A DNA stretch of 64,000 nt, from NCBI RefSeq assembly GCF_037042905.1, contig NC_087252.1, positions 18,230,001 through 18,294,000 of the forward strand, read 5' to 3'. The notes under the pieces were generated by a model, which was not told where the DNA came from, made no database searches, and saw only the letters and a program-made list of their open reading frames with translations. The stretch comes from Lytechinus pictus (Eukaryota). A program made the position numbers and the translations under genes. Below are positions 51,551 to 64,000 of this stretch, one piece after another. Position 1 is the stretch's first letter; each line of letters starts with the position of its first letter.

Positions 51551-54131
51551 CAGATAGATAGATAGATAGAGAGACAGACAGACAGATAGATAGATAGATA
51601 TATAGATAGAGACAGGCAGATGGATGGATAGATAGATAGACATATCTAAACAGATAGATACATATATATTAGACAGAGAGAGAGAGAGAGAGAGATAAAC
51701 AGACAGATAGATATACAATGTAGGTAGATAGACAGACAGACATATGGATAGATAGAGAGAGAGGGACGTATTCAAACAGAAAGATATATATTAGACAGAG
51801 AGATAGATATGTCATGTAGGTAGATAGACAGACAGATAAATAGATATGATATAAAAAAGTAATTATAATCTGTTTTATTTTGCAATATTTTAGCTATTAT
51901 TTGTTAGAATTCTTATAATTGATCGTGGGCAAGATAGCTAAAAAAAAAAAAAAAAAAAAAAAAATCATGTTCACCCGCGGACTCGAACCCCTGCCCGCAT
52001 GATGGAATGAGAAGCAAGTCTGACGCCTAACCGATTGAGCTAGAATATTTCCCATAGACTTTACACGTAAGCAAAACACGAGAATCTCAAATCCAATTTT
52101 GAAAGCGAAATACGGGCATGATCTCGGCATCTGATCGGAAAATGGAGACCACACTTGCGATAGCTTACAATCTCAGCTACAACATACTCCAAGCTCAGAG
52201 AAAACTGACTAACAGAAATGGAGATATGGCTCGCGAAATAGAGGAATGTAAAATCCAGTTTTGAGAAAAAGTCATTTCCCATAGAGATTACACGCAAAAT
52301 GAGTAAAAATGACATGCCATTATTATTTGCAATTTTTGAGGATGATTTGTCTATCAAAATGAAAAATAAAGGCAATAACTCAGAAAGAGTAAGAACTAAG
52401 CTACAACATATCAAAAATTGGGTGAAAATTGACCAATATTCACGGAGTTAGAGCAAGATTTGCATAATTATAATGACGTCATAATAGGCAAAATGGATTT
52501 TTTGAATTCCGACGCCATTTTGATGACGTCATAATATACTTGAGGGTCAAATGAGACATGAAATTATATCTCTAGTTCATACTCTATCAAAATATGAAAA
52601 AAAAATTGGGGGTCCCCATGCGTTCTGAAGAGCTACAGCGGATTTTCTATAGGCATGTTTTTGCCCATATATGGCCTATAGTGAGAGCTCGCGCGCACAC
52701 GTGCTGCAAACTTTAACGGGTGTTAATTTCCTTATTAATGGTCGTAGAAGGTTGATCAAGGTATCAAATTGCTCAAAATTATATGATAAATGCGATGAAA
52801 TAAAAAAAAACGGTGTTTCTGAGTTGCATTGAGGCGTTACGCGCGGAAACGCGCGCGCATACGTTTGCGCGCGCAATTTTTTGAAATGCTTAAAATGACC
52901 TAAAACGTACTCTGTTTTGGTCAAAAAGTGATTTTTAGCATTTTAAAATTTTGACGCGCGCGTACGCGCGCGTCGTGACCTTCAGGTGACCTTTGATGAC
53001 ATGACCTGATGACCCTTGATCTGAAGTTTATGTCATGTGAATTTGATTGATTTTTGATAATTGATAATGGAGATATGATTGATAATGTGATTTTACAAAA
53101 TGGCGTCTAGATGACGTCATGATGACGTCATGACATTAAGATTCTTGCAGAATTGAGGTCTTATTGATGTTGATATGTGGTGATATTTTGATGATTATTG
53201 AATATGGACTTTCTGAGATTTGCTGTCCACAAGAAATGGAGGAAATAAAAATAAGAAATAACTAGATTTTAATTCGTCATGCGGACGAATTAGGTGGTCT
53301 GTCGTATAGATAAACAGGAAAAAAATATTTAAACAGATATTAGATTGAAAAATAGATAGACAAACAGATTTACATAATCAAACGGATACATACAAGAAAG
53401 ATAATTATATTAGATGGATGGAGTGATGGATGGAGAGATAAATTATAGGTGGTTATATTAATAAAACATAGACATATAAAGATAGATATAGAGAGACAGA
53501 CATATAGATAGAGAGACAGACATATAGATAGATAGAGAGACAGACTTATAGATAGAGAGATAGATTGATAGATATATAGATATATAGATAGATAGAGAGA
53601 TGATTGGTGGTTATATTAATAAAACATATATAAACATATAGATAGAAAGAGAGACAGACAGATAGATAGATAGACAGATAGATAGACAGACATATATATA
53701 GATAGAGAGACAGACATATCATGAAGCTATTACGAGCTATCTCGTAATAGCTTCATGCTGCGTGGTCCTATCGCGTTATGTAAGCGGGCTCTAACTTTCG
53801 CCTGGCGGCTCGCCAATTGATGTTAGATATCGTTCCTTCGCCCGAAGGAAGCGATAACAAAGGATTAAGAGAGAAATTGGAAGATGGTTCTCCTTCTCGT
53901 GATAGCTTCATGGATAGATAGACAGACATATAGATAGACAAACATATAGATAGACAGAGAGACAGAAATATAGATAGATAGAGAGACAGACATATAGATA
54001 GATATATAGATAGATAGATAGATAGATAGATAGACATATAGATAGATACAGAGACAGACATATAGATTGATAGAGATCGAGACAGAGATAGATAGAGAGA
54101 CAGACATATAGATGAATAGAGAGACAGACAT

Positions 54132-54164
<33 letters not shown>

Positions 54165-56630
54165 CAGATAGATAGATAGATAGAGAGACAGACAGACAGA
54201 TAGATAGATAGATATATAGATAGAGACAGGCAGATGGATGGATAGATAGATAGACATATCTAAACAGATAGATACATATATATTAGACAGAGAGAGAGAG
54301 AGAGAGAGATAAACAGACAGATAGATATACAATGTAGGTAGATAGACAGACAGACATATGGATAGATAGAGAGAGAGGGACGTATTCAAACAGAAAGATA
54401 TATATTAGACAGAGAGATAGATATGTCATGTAGGTAGATAGACAGACAGATAAATAGATATGATATAAAAAAGTAATTATAATCTGTTTTATTTTGCAAT
54501 ATTTTAGCTATTATTTGTTAGAATTCTTATAATTGATCGTGGGCAAGATAGCTAAAAAAAAAAAAAAAAAAAAAAAAATCATGTTCACCCGCGGACTCGA
54601 ACCCCTGCCCGCATGATGGAATGAGAAGCAAGTCTGACGCCTAACCGATTGAGCTAGAATATTTCCCATAGACTTTACACGTAAGCAAAACACGAGAATC
54701 TCAAATCCAATTTTGAAAGCGAAATACGGGCATGATCTCGGCATCTGATCGGAAAATGGAGACCACACTTGCGATAGCTTACAATCTCAGCTACAACATA
54801 CTCCAAGCTCAGAGAAAACTGACTAACAGAAATGGAGATATGGCTCGCGAAATAGAGGAATGTAAAATCCAGTTTTGAGAAAAAGTCATTTCCCATAGAG
54901 ATTACACGCAAAATGAGTAAAAATGACATGCCATTATTATTTGCAATTTTTGAGGATGATTTGTCTATCAAAATGAAAAATAAAGGCAATAACTCAGAAA
55001 GAGTAAGAACTAAGCTACAACATATCAAAAATTGGGTGAAAATTGACCAATATTCACGGAGTTAGAGCAAGATTTGCATAATTATAATGACGTCATAATA
55101 GGCAAAATGGATTTTTTGAATTCCGACGCCATTTTGATGACGTCATAATATACTTGAGGGTCAAATGAGACATGAAATTATATCTCTAGTTCATACTCTA
55201 TCAAAATATGAAAAAAAAATTGGGGGTCCCCATGCGTTCTGAAGAGCTACAGCGGATTTTCTATAGGCATGTTTTTGCCCATATATGGCCTATAGTGAGA
55301 GCTCGCGCGCACACGTGCTGCAAACTTTAACGGGTGTTAATTTCCTTATTAATGGTCGTAGAAGGTTGATCAAGGTATCAAATTGCTCAAAATTATATGA
55401 TCAATGCAATGAAATAAAAAAAACGGTGTTTCTGACTTGCATTCAAGGCGTTACGCGCGGAAACGCGCGCGCATACGTTTGCGCGCGCAATTTTTTGAAA
55501 TGCTTAAAATGACCTAAAACGTACTCTGTTTTGGTCAAAAAGTGATTTTGAGCATTTTAAAATTTTGACGCGCGCGTACGCGCGCGTCGTGACCTTCAGG
55601 TGACCTTTGATGACATGACCTGATGACCCTTGATCTGAAGTTTATGTCATGTGAATTTGATTTATTTTTGATAATTGATAATGGAGATATGATTGATAAT
55701 GTGATTTTACAAAATGGCGTCTAGATGACGTCATGATGACGTCATGACATTACGATTCTTGCAGAATTGAGGTCTTATTGATGTTGATATGTGGTGATAT
55801 TTTGATGATTATTGAATATGAACTTTCTGAGATTTGCTGTCCACAAGAAATGGAGGAAATAAAAATAAGAAATAAAAATAAACTAGATTTTAATTCGTCA
55901 TGCGGACGAATTAGGTGGTCTGTCGTATAGATAGATAAACAGGAAAAAAATATTTAAACAGATATTAGATTGAAAAATAGATAGACAAACAGATTTACAT
56001 AATCAAACAGATACATACAAGAAAGATAATTATATTAGATGGATGGAGTGATGGATGGAGAGATAAATTATAGGTGGTTATATTAATAAAACATAGACAT
56101 ATATAGATAGATATAGAGAGACAGACATATAGATAGAGAGACATACATATAGATAGATAGAGAGACAGACTTATAGATAGAGAGATAGATTGATAGATAT
56201 ATAGATATATAGATAGATAGAGAGATGATTGGTGGTTATATTAATAAAACATATATAAACATATAGATAGAAAGAGAGACAGACAGATAGATAGATAGAC
56301 AGATAGATAGACAGACATATATATAGATAGAGAGACAGACATATCATGAAGCTATTACGAGCTATCTCGTAATAGCTTCATGCTGCGTGGTCCTATCGCG
56401 TTATGTAAGCGGGCTCTAACTTTCGCCTGGCGGCTCGCCGATCGATGTTAGATATCGTTCCTTCGCCCGAAGGAAGCGATAACAAAGGATTAAGAGAGAA
56501 ATTGGAAGATGGTTCTCCTTCTCGTGATAGCTTCATGGATAGATAGACAGACATATAGATAGACAAACATATAGATAGACAGAGAGACAGAAATATAGAT
56601 AGATAGGGAGACAGACATATAGATAGATAT

Positions 56631-56667
<37 letters not shown>

Positions 56668-58524
56668 CATATAGATAGATACAGAGACAGACATATAGAT
56701 TGATAGAGATCGAGACAGAGATAGATAGAGAGACAGACATATAGATGAATAGAGAGACAGACATATAGATAGATAGATAGATAGATAGATAGACAGATAG
56801 ATAGATAGATAGAGAGACAGACAGACAGATAGATAGATAGATATATAGATAGATAGATAGATAGAGACAGGCAGATGGATGGATAGATAGATAGACATAT
56901 CTAAACAGATAGATACATATATATTAGACAGAGAGAGAGAGAGAGAGATAAACAGACAGATAGATATACAATGTAGGTAGATAGACAGACAGACATATGG
57001 ATAGATAGAGAGAGAGGGACGTATTCAAACAGAAAGATATATATTAGACAGAGAGATAGATATGTCATGTAGGTAGATAGACAGACAGATAAATAGATAT
57101 GATATAAAAAAGTAATTATAATCTGTTTTATTTTGCAATATTTTAGCTATTATTTGTTAGAATTCTTATAATTGATCGTGGGCAAGATAGCTAAAAAAAA
57201 AAAAAAAAAAAAAAAAAATCATGTTCACCCGCGGACTCGAACCCCTGCCTGCATGATGGAATGAGAAGTAAGTCTGACGCCTAACCGATTGAGCTAGAAT
57301 ATTTCCCATAGACTTAACACGTAAGCAAAACACCAGAATCTCAAATCCAATCTTGCAAGTGAATTACGGGCATGATCCCGACATCTGATCGGAAAATGAA
57401 GGAGACGCAGCCGAAAGCTTAGAATCTCAGCTACAACATACTAAAAGCTCAGGGATAACTAGCAACAAAAATTGGAGATATGGCTTACGAAATAGAAGAA
57501 TGTAGAATCTAGTTTTGAGAAAAAGTCATGTCCCATAGAGATTACACGCAAAATGAGTAAAAATGACATGCCATTATTATTTGCAATTTTTGAGGATGAT
57601 TTGTCTATCAAAATGAAAAATAAAGGCAATAACTCAGAAAGAGTAAGAACTAAGCTACAACATATCAAAAATTGGGTGAAAATTGACCAATATTCACGGA
57701 GTTAGAGCAAGATTTGCATAATTATAATGACGTCATAATAGGCAAAATGGATTTTTTGACTTCCGACGCCATTTTGATGACGTCATAATATAATTGAGGG
57801 TCAAATGAGACATGAAATTATATCTCTAGTTCATACTCTATCAAAATATGAAAAAAAAATTGGGGGTCCCCATGCGTTCTGAAGAGCTACAGCGGATTTT
57901 CTATAGGCATGTTTTTGCCCATATATGGCCTATAGTGAGAGCTCGCGCGCACACGTGCTGCAAACTTTAACGGGTGTTAATTTCCTTATTAATGGTCGTA
58001 GAAGGTTGATCAAGGTATCAAATTGCTCAAAATTATATGATCAATGCAATGATATAAAAAAAAACGGTGTTTCTGAGTTGCATTGAGGCGTTACGCGCGG
58101 AAACGCGCGCGCATACGTTTGCGCGCGCAATTTTTTGAAATGCTTAAAATGACCTAAAACGTACTCTGTTTTGGTCAAAAAGTGATTTTTAGCATTTTAA
58201 AATTTTGACGCGCGCGTAAGCGCGCGTCGTGACCTACAGGTGACCTTTGATAATATGACCTGATGACCCTTAATCTGAAGTTTATGTCATGTGAATTTGA
58301 TTGATTTTTGATAATTGATAATGGAGATATGATTGATAATGTGATTTTACAAAATGGCGTCTAGATGACGTCATGATGACGTCATGACATTAAGATTCTT
58401 GCAGAATTGAGGTCTTAATGATATTGATATGTGGTGATATTTTGATGATTATTGAATATGAACTTTCTGAGATTTGCTGTCCACAAGAAATGGAGGAAAT
58501 AAAAATAAGAAATAAATAAAAATA

Positions 58525-58846
58525 AAGAAAGAAAATTCGGACAAACATAAGAGGTGATCTGTCATAGACAGACCACCTAATAAATAAATAAATAAATAAA
58601 TAAAGAAAGAAAATTCGGACAAACATAAAAGGTGATCTGTCATAGACAGACCACCTAATAAAGAAAGAAAATTCGGACAAACATAATAGGTGATCTGTCA
58701 TAGACAGACCACCTAATAAATAATAAAGAAAGAAAATTCGGACAAACATAATAGGTGATCTGTCATAGACAGACCACCTAATAAAAAATAAAGAAAGAAA
58801 ATTCGGACAAACATAAGAGGTGATCTGTCATAGACAGACCACCTAA
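58525..58846 (-). repeat. Five stacked terminal modules of subfamily B
   Basis: AGGTGATCTGTCATAGACAGACCACCTAA at 58552, 58630, 58688, 58753 and 58818. Confidence 0.92.
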
Positions 58847-61800
58847 AAAAATCATGTTCACCCGCGGACTCGAACCCCTGCCTGCATGATGGAATGAGAA
58901 GTAAGTCTGACGCCTAACCGATTGAGCTAGAATATTTCCCATAGACTTAACACGTAAGCAAAACACCAGAATCTCAAATCCAATCTTGCAAGTGAATTAC
59001 GGGCATGATCCCGACATCTGATCGGAAAATGAAGGAAACGCAACCGAAAGCTTAGAATCTCAGCTACAACATACTAAAAGCTCAGGGATAACTAGCAACA
59101 AAAATTGGAGATATGGCTTACGAAATAGAAGAATGTAGAATCTAGTTTTGAGAAAAAGTCATGACCCATAGAGATTACACGCAAAATGAGTAAAAATGAC
59201 ATGCCATTATTATTTGCAATTTTTGAGGATGATCTGTTTATCAAAATGAAAAATAAAGGCAATAACTCAGAAAGAGTAAGAACTAAGCTACAACATATCA
59301 AAAATTGGGTGAAAATTGACCAATATTCACGGAGTTAGAGCAAGATTTGCATAATTATAATGACGTCATAATAGGCAAAATGGATTTTTTGAATTCCGAC
59401 GCCATTTTGATGACGTCATAATATAATTGAGGGTCAAATGAGACATGAAATTATATCTCTAGTTCATACTCTATCAAAATATGAAAAAAAAATTGGGGGT
59501 CCCCATGCGTTCTGAAGAGCTACAGCGGATTTTCTATAGGCATGTTTTTGCCCATATATGGCCTATAGTGAGAGCTCGCGCGCACACGTGCTGCAAACTT
59601 TAACGGGTGTTAATTTCCTTATTAATGGTCGTAGAAGGTTGATCAAGGTATCAAATTGCTCAAAATTATATGATCAATGCAATGAAATAAAAAAAACGGT
59701 GTTTCTGAGTTGCATTCAAGGCGTTACGCGCGGAAACGCGCGCGCATACGTTTGCGCGCGCAATTTTTTGAAATGCTTAAAATTACCTAAAACGTACTCT
59801 GTTTTGGTCAAAAAGTGATTTTTAGCATTTTAAAATTTTGACGCGCGCGTACGCGCGCGTCGTGACCTTCAGGTGACCTTTGATGACATGATTTGATGAC
59901 TCTTGATCTGAAGTTTATGTCATGTGAATTTGATTTATTTTTGATAATTGATAATGGAGATATGATTGATAATGTGATTTTACAAAATGGCGTCTAGATG
60001 ACGTCATGATGACGTCATGACATTAAGATTCTTGCAGAATTGAGGTCTTATTGATGTTGATATGTGGTGATATTTTGATGATTATTGAATATGAACTTTC
60101 TGAGATTTGCTGTCCACAAGAAATGGAGGAAATAAAAATAAGAAATAAAAATAAACTAGATTTTAATTCGTCATGCGGACGAATTAGGTGGTCTGTCGTA
60201 TAGATAGATAAACAGGAAAAAAATATTTAAACAGATATTAGATTGAAAAATAGATAGACAAACAGATTTACATAATCAAACAGATACATACAAGAAAGAT
60301 AATTATATTAGATGGATGGAGTGATGGATGGAGAGATAAATTATAGGTGGTTATATTAATAAAACATAGACATATATAGATAGATATAGAGAGACAGACA
60401 TATAGATAGAGAGACAGACATATAGATAGATAGAGAGACAGACTTATAGATAGAGAGATAGATTGATAGATATATAGATATATAGATAGATAGAGAGATG
60501 ATTGGTGGTTATATTAATAAAACATATATAAACATATAGATAGAAAGAGAGACAGACAGATAGATAGATAGACAGATAGATAGACAGACATATATATAGA
60601 TAGAGAGACAGACATATCATGAAGCTATTACGAGCTATCTCGTAATAGCTTCATGCTGCGTGGTCCTATCGCGTTATGTAAGCGGGCTCTAACTTTCGCC
60701 TGGCGGCTCGCCAATTGATGTTAGATATCGTTCCTTCGCCCGAAGGAAGCGATAACAAAGGATTAAGAGAGAAATTGGAAGATGGTTCTCCTTCTCGTGA
60801 TAGCTTCATGGATAGGTAGACAGACATATAGATAGACAAACATATAGATAGACAGAGAGACAGAAATATAGATAGATAGAGAGACAGACATATAGATAGA
60901 TATATAGATAGATAGATAGATAGATAGATAGACATATAGATAGATACAGAGACAGACATATAGATTGATAGAGATCGAGACAGAGATAGATAGAGAGACA
61001 GACATATAGATGAATAGAGAGACAGACATATAGATAGATAGATAGATAGACAGACAGATAGATAGATAGATAGAGAGACAGACAGACAGATAGATAGATA
61101 GATATATAGATAGATAGATAGATAGAGACAGGCAGATGGATGGATAGATAGATAGACATATCTAAACAGATAGATACATATATATTAGACAGAGAGAGAG
61201 AGAGAGAGATAAACAGACAGATAGATATACAATGTAGGTAGATAGACAGACAGACATATGGATAGATAGAGAGAGAGGGACGTATTGAAACAGAAAGATA
61301 TATATTAGACAGAGAGATAGATATGTCATGTAGGTAGATAGACAGACAGATAAATAGATATGATATAAAAAAGTAATTATAATCTGTTTTATTTTGCAAT
61401 ATTTTAGCTATTATTTGTTAGAATTCTTATAATTGATCGTGGGCAAGATAGCTAAAAAAAAAAAAAAAAAAAAATCATGTTCACCCGCGGACTCGAACCC
61501 CTGCCTGCATGATGGAATGAGAAGTAAGTCTGACGCCTAACCGATTGAGCTAGAATATTTCCCATAGACTTTACACGTAAGCAAAACACCAGAATCTCAA
61601 ATCCAATCTTGCAAGTGAATTACGGGCATGATCCCGACATCTGATCGGAAAATGAAGGAAACGCAACCGAAAGCTTAGAATCTCAGCTACAACATACTAA
61701 AAGCTCAGGGATAACTAGCAACAAAAATTGGAGATATGGCTTACGAAATAGAAGAATGTAGAATCTAGTTTTGAGAAAAAGTCATGTCCCATAGAGATTA

Positions 61801-62859
61801 CACGCAAAATGAGTAAAAATGACATGCCATTATTATTTGCAATTTTTGAGGATGATTTGTCTATCAAAATGAAAAATAAAGGCAATAACTCAGAAAGAGT
61901 AAGAACTAAGCTACAACATATCAAAAATTGGGTGAAAATTGACCAATATTCACGGAGTTAGAGCAAGATTTGCATAATTATAATGACGTCATAATAGGCA
62001 AAATGGATTTTTTAAATTCCGACGCCATTTTGATGATGTCATAATATAATTGAGGGTCAAATGAGACATGAAATTATATCTCTAGTTCATACTCTATCAA
62101 AATATGAAAAAAAAATTGGGGGTCCCCATGCGTTCTGAAGAGCTACAGCGGATTTTCTATAGGCATGTTTTTGCCCATATATGGCCTATAGTGAGAGCTC
62201 GCGCGCACACGTGCTGCAAACTTTAACGGGTGTTAATTTCCTTATTAATGGTCGTAGAAGGTTGATCAAGGTATCAAATTGCTCAAAATTATATGATCAA
62301 TGCAATGAAATAAAAAAAAACGGTGTTTCTGAGTTGCATTGAGGCGTTACGCGCGGAAACGCGCGCGCATACGTTTGCGCGCGCAATTTTTTGAAATGCT
62401 TAAAATGACCTAAAACGTACTCTGTTTTGGTCAAAAAGTGATTTTTAGCATTTTAAAATTTTGACGCGCGCGTACGCGCGCGTCGTGACCTTCAGGTGAC
62501 CTTTGATGACATGACCTGATGACCCTTGATCTGAAGTTTATGTCATGTGAATTTGATTGATTTTTGATAATTGATAATGGAGATATGATTGATAATGTGA
62601 TTTTACAAAATGGCGTCTAGATGACGTCATGATGACGTCATGACATTAAGATTCTTGCAGAATTGAGGTCTTATTGATGTTGATATGTGGTGATATTTTG
62701 ATGATTATTGAATATGAACTTTCTGAGATTTGCTGTCCACAAGAAATGGAGGAAATAAAAATAAGAAATAATAAAAAATAAAGAAAGAAAATTCGGACAA
62801 ACATAAGAGGTGATCTGTCATAGACAGACCACCTAATTACGTTTCATTTACTCAAAGTA

Positions 62860-63060
62860 GCCATTTCGGTTAGGGAACTGCAGCGGGCCCTGCATTTCCA
62901 TGTATGTTATTACTACCCTTCTCCAATCTAAATGCTGAGCGCCAAGCAAGAAGGCAGAAGGTTCCATTCCTATATATATTTTTGTATGACTCTGTTGGGG
63001 ATCGAACCCACGGCCTCCCGTTCATGAGGCTGACGCTCTACCACTGATCAACATACCCGG
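62860..63060 (-). mobile_element. tRNA-derived SINE (same family as 15087-15362)
   Basis: Reverse complement CCGGGTATGTTGATCAGTGGTAGAGCGTCAGCCTCATGAACGGGAGGCCGTGGGTTCGATCCC...GTCATACAAAAA...CTTGCTTGGCGCTCAGCATT. Confidence 0.75.
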
Positions 63061-64000
63061 TTTGCTTTTTAAACACGACCCTCATCAAGAACAAACTTTA
63101 ATACAGAAACATAATAATTAACACTAATTTGAGCAAGTCACTTATCATTTTTTTTTCAAATAAATTGTGTAGTATGTTGGTATTTTTATATCTTCTGTTG
63201 ATTGAGAATCCCTCTCGGCCATTTAAAAGGTTTTCTGCTCTTCAGGTGGTCCTGCATCCCCACCCCATACCTCAATATTTCGCTCTTCGCGTGTTGGATA
63301 GTGGAGCAGTCCAGATTCTCAACAAGAAATTTGGCGCTTCAACAAAATTAATTGAGAATGGCTGATCTAGAGTCATATGATTGCTCTTAACACAGTTCTT
63401 GTAAAAAATCGAATGTAAAGAATATTAATTGTAGAATACTAGTAGGTTCCAAATCAACATCTAGTTGATCAATGATCATGTTGATACAAGTATTTTTATG
63501 ATCATGGTGATTTTTAGGCATTACTCTTCCAAGAGCAAAGATGTTTTTTTAGGTCCAAAAACTAAATCGAAAAGATCGACAGGTTGCTGATCCTTATGCT
63601 TGTTTGTTGGATCAAGTATGACACAACACTTGTCAGAGGCTCTCTTCAAATTCATCTTTTGCACATATCAAAGTGGAGACACCCCATAACATCAACAGCC
63701 CTCATGTATTTAGGCCCTGACCGAATCCAAAATTGAAATTGATATACATGTACCAATCCAAAGCTTATTAAACTTCTAAACACTGCAGTGCAAGCTTTAT
63801 GCATTTTCACAGTTTACCAGATAAGCAATTACGTAGCTCCAAAATGGACTTTGAAAAAAGGTATTCATGTATTTTTCACAAGCCTCAAGACCGTGATGTC
63901 ATATTCTGTTAGAAGCATTGTGAATCCATAGGTTTGTGCATGGAAAAATTGATTTTTCTGCTTATCAGATTATGCATTGCATTTTACTTTCTTCTTTTCC

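Larger units (their letters stand above)
48024..62836 (-). mobile_element. Array of non-autonomous Helentron/Helitron2-like elements, subfamily B (about 2.62-kb bodies starting 48024, 50648, 53262, 55883; five stacked termini 58552-58846; half body 58847-60155; complete element 60156-62836)
   Basis: Same CTAG/hairpin/sub-TIR end and palindromic opposite end as 1241-3336; shared core of about 1.1 kb; contains a (GATA/GACA)n microsatellite, as DINE-1/HINE-type elements often carry. Confidence 0.82.
47664..63364. mobile_element. hAT (Charlie/Buster-type) non-autonomous element split by the Helentron-like array and a SINE
   Basis: TIRs CAGGGATTCTCAA / TTGAGAATGGCTG (11 of 13 match) and identical 8-bp ATCTAGAG at 47656-47663 and 63365-63372, fitting the NTCTAGAN target preference. 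Confidence 0.8.

Noticed and set aside
63202..63213. TTGAGAATCCCT as the right TIR of the hAT element
   Set aside because: It lacks the terminal G and the target duplication; the end at 63364 has the exact ATCTAGAG duplication.

Overview
Eukaryotic, AT-rich and repeat-dense genomic DNA; the repeat style suggests an echinoderm such as a sea urchin, which is inference only. Host genes: two minus-strand exons of a CAP/SCP-domain gene resembling GAPR-1/GLIPR2 (MGGCMS start exon at 34656-34692, CAP exon at 7655-7876, about 27 kb apart, remaining exons probably left of the window) and three intact tRNA genes (two Ser-AGA, one Glu-CTC). Inside that gene lies an 11.7-kb CACTA/EnSpm-like element (9129-20821, TA-flanked) carrying a spliced SAMD3-like accessory gene with an in-frame stop and no visible transposase. 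The main structure is two arrays of a non-autonomous Helentron/Helitron2-like element (1-3336 and 48024-62836). They look nested rather than simply tandem: each copy appears to have inserted into the A-rich tract next to the terminus of the previous copy, so bodies stack on the left and terminal hairpins pile up on the right in reverse order. The right array sits inside a small hAT element with an intact 8-bp target duplication. The rest is MITEs, SINEs, an L2-like LINE fragment and simple repeats. Most ORFs in the track are spurious.
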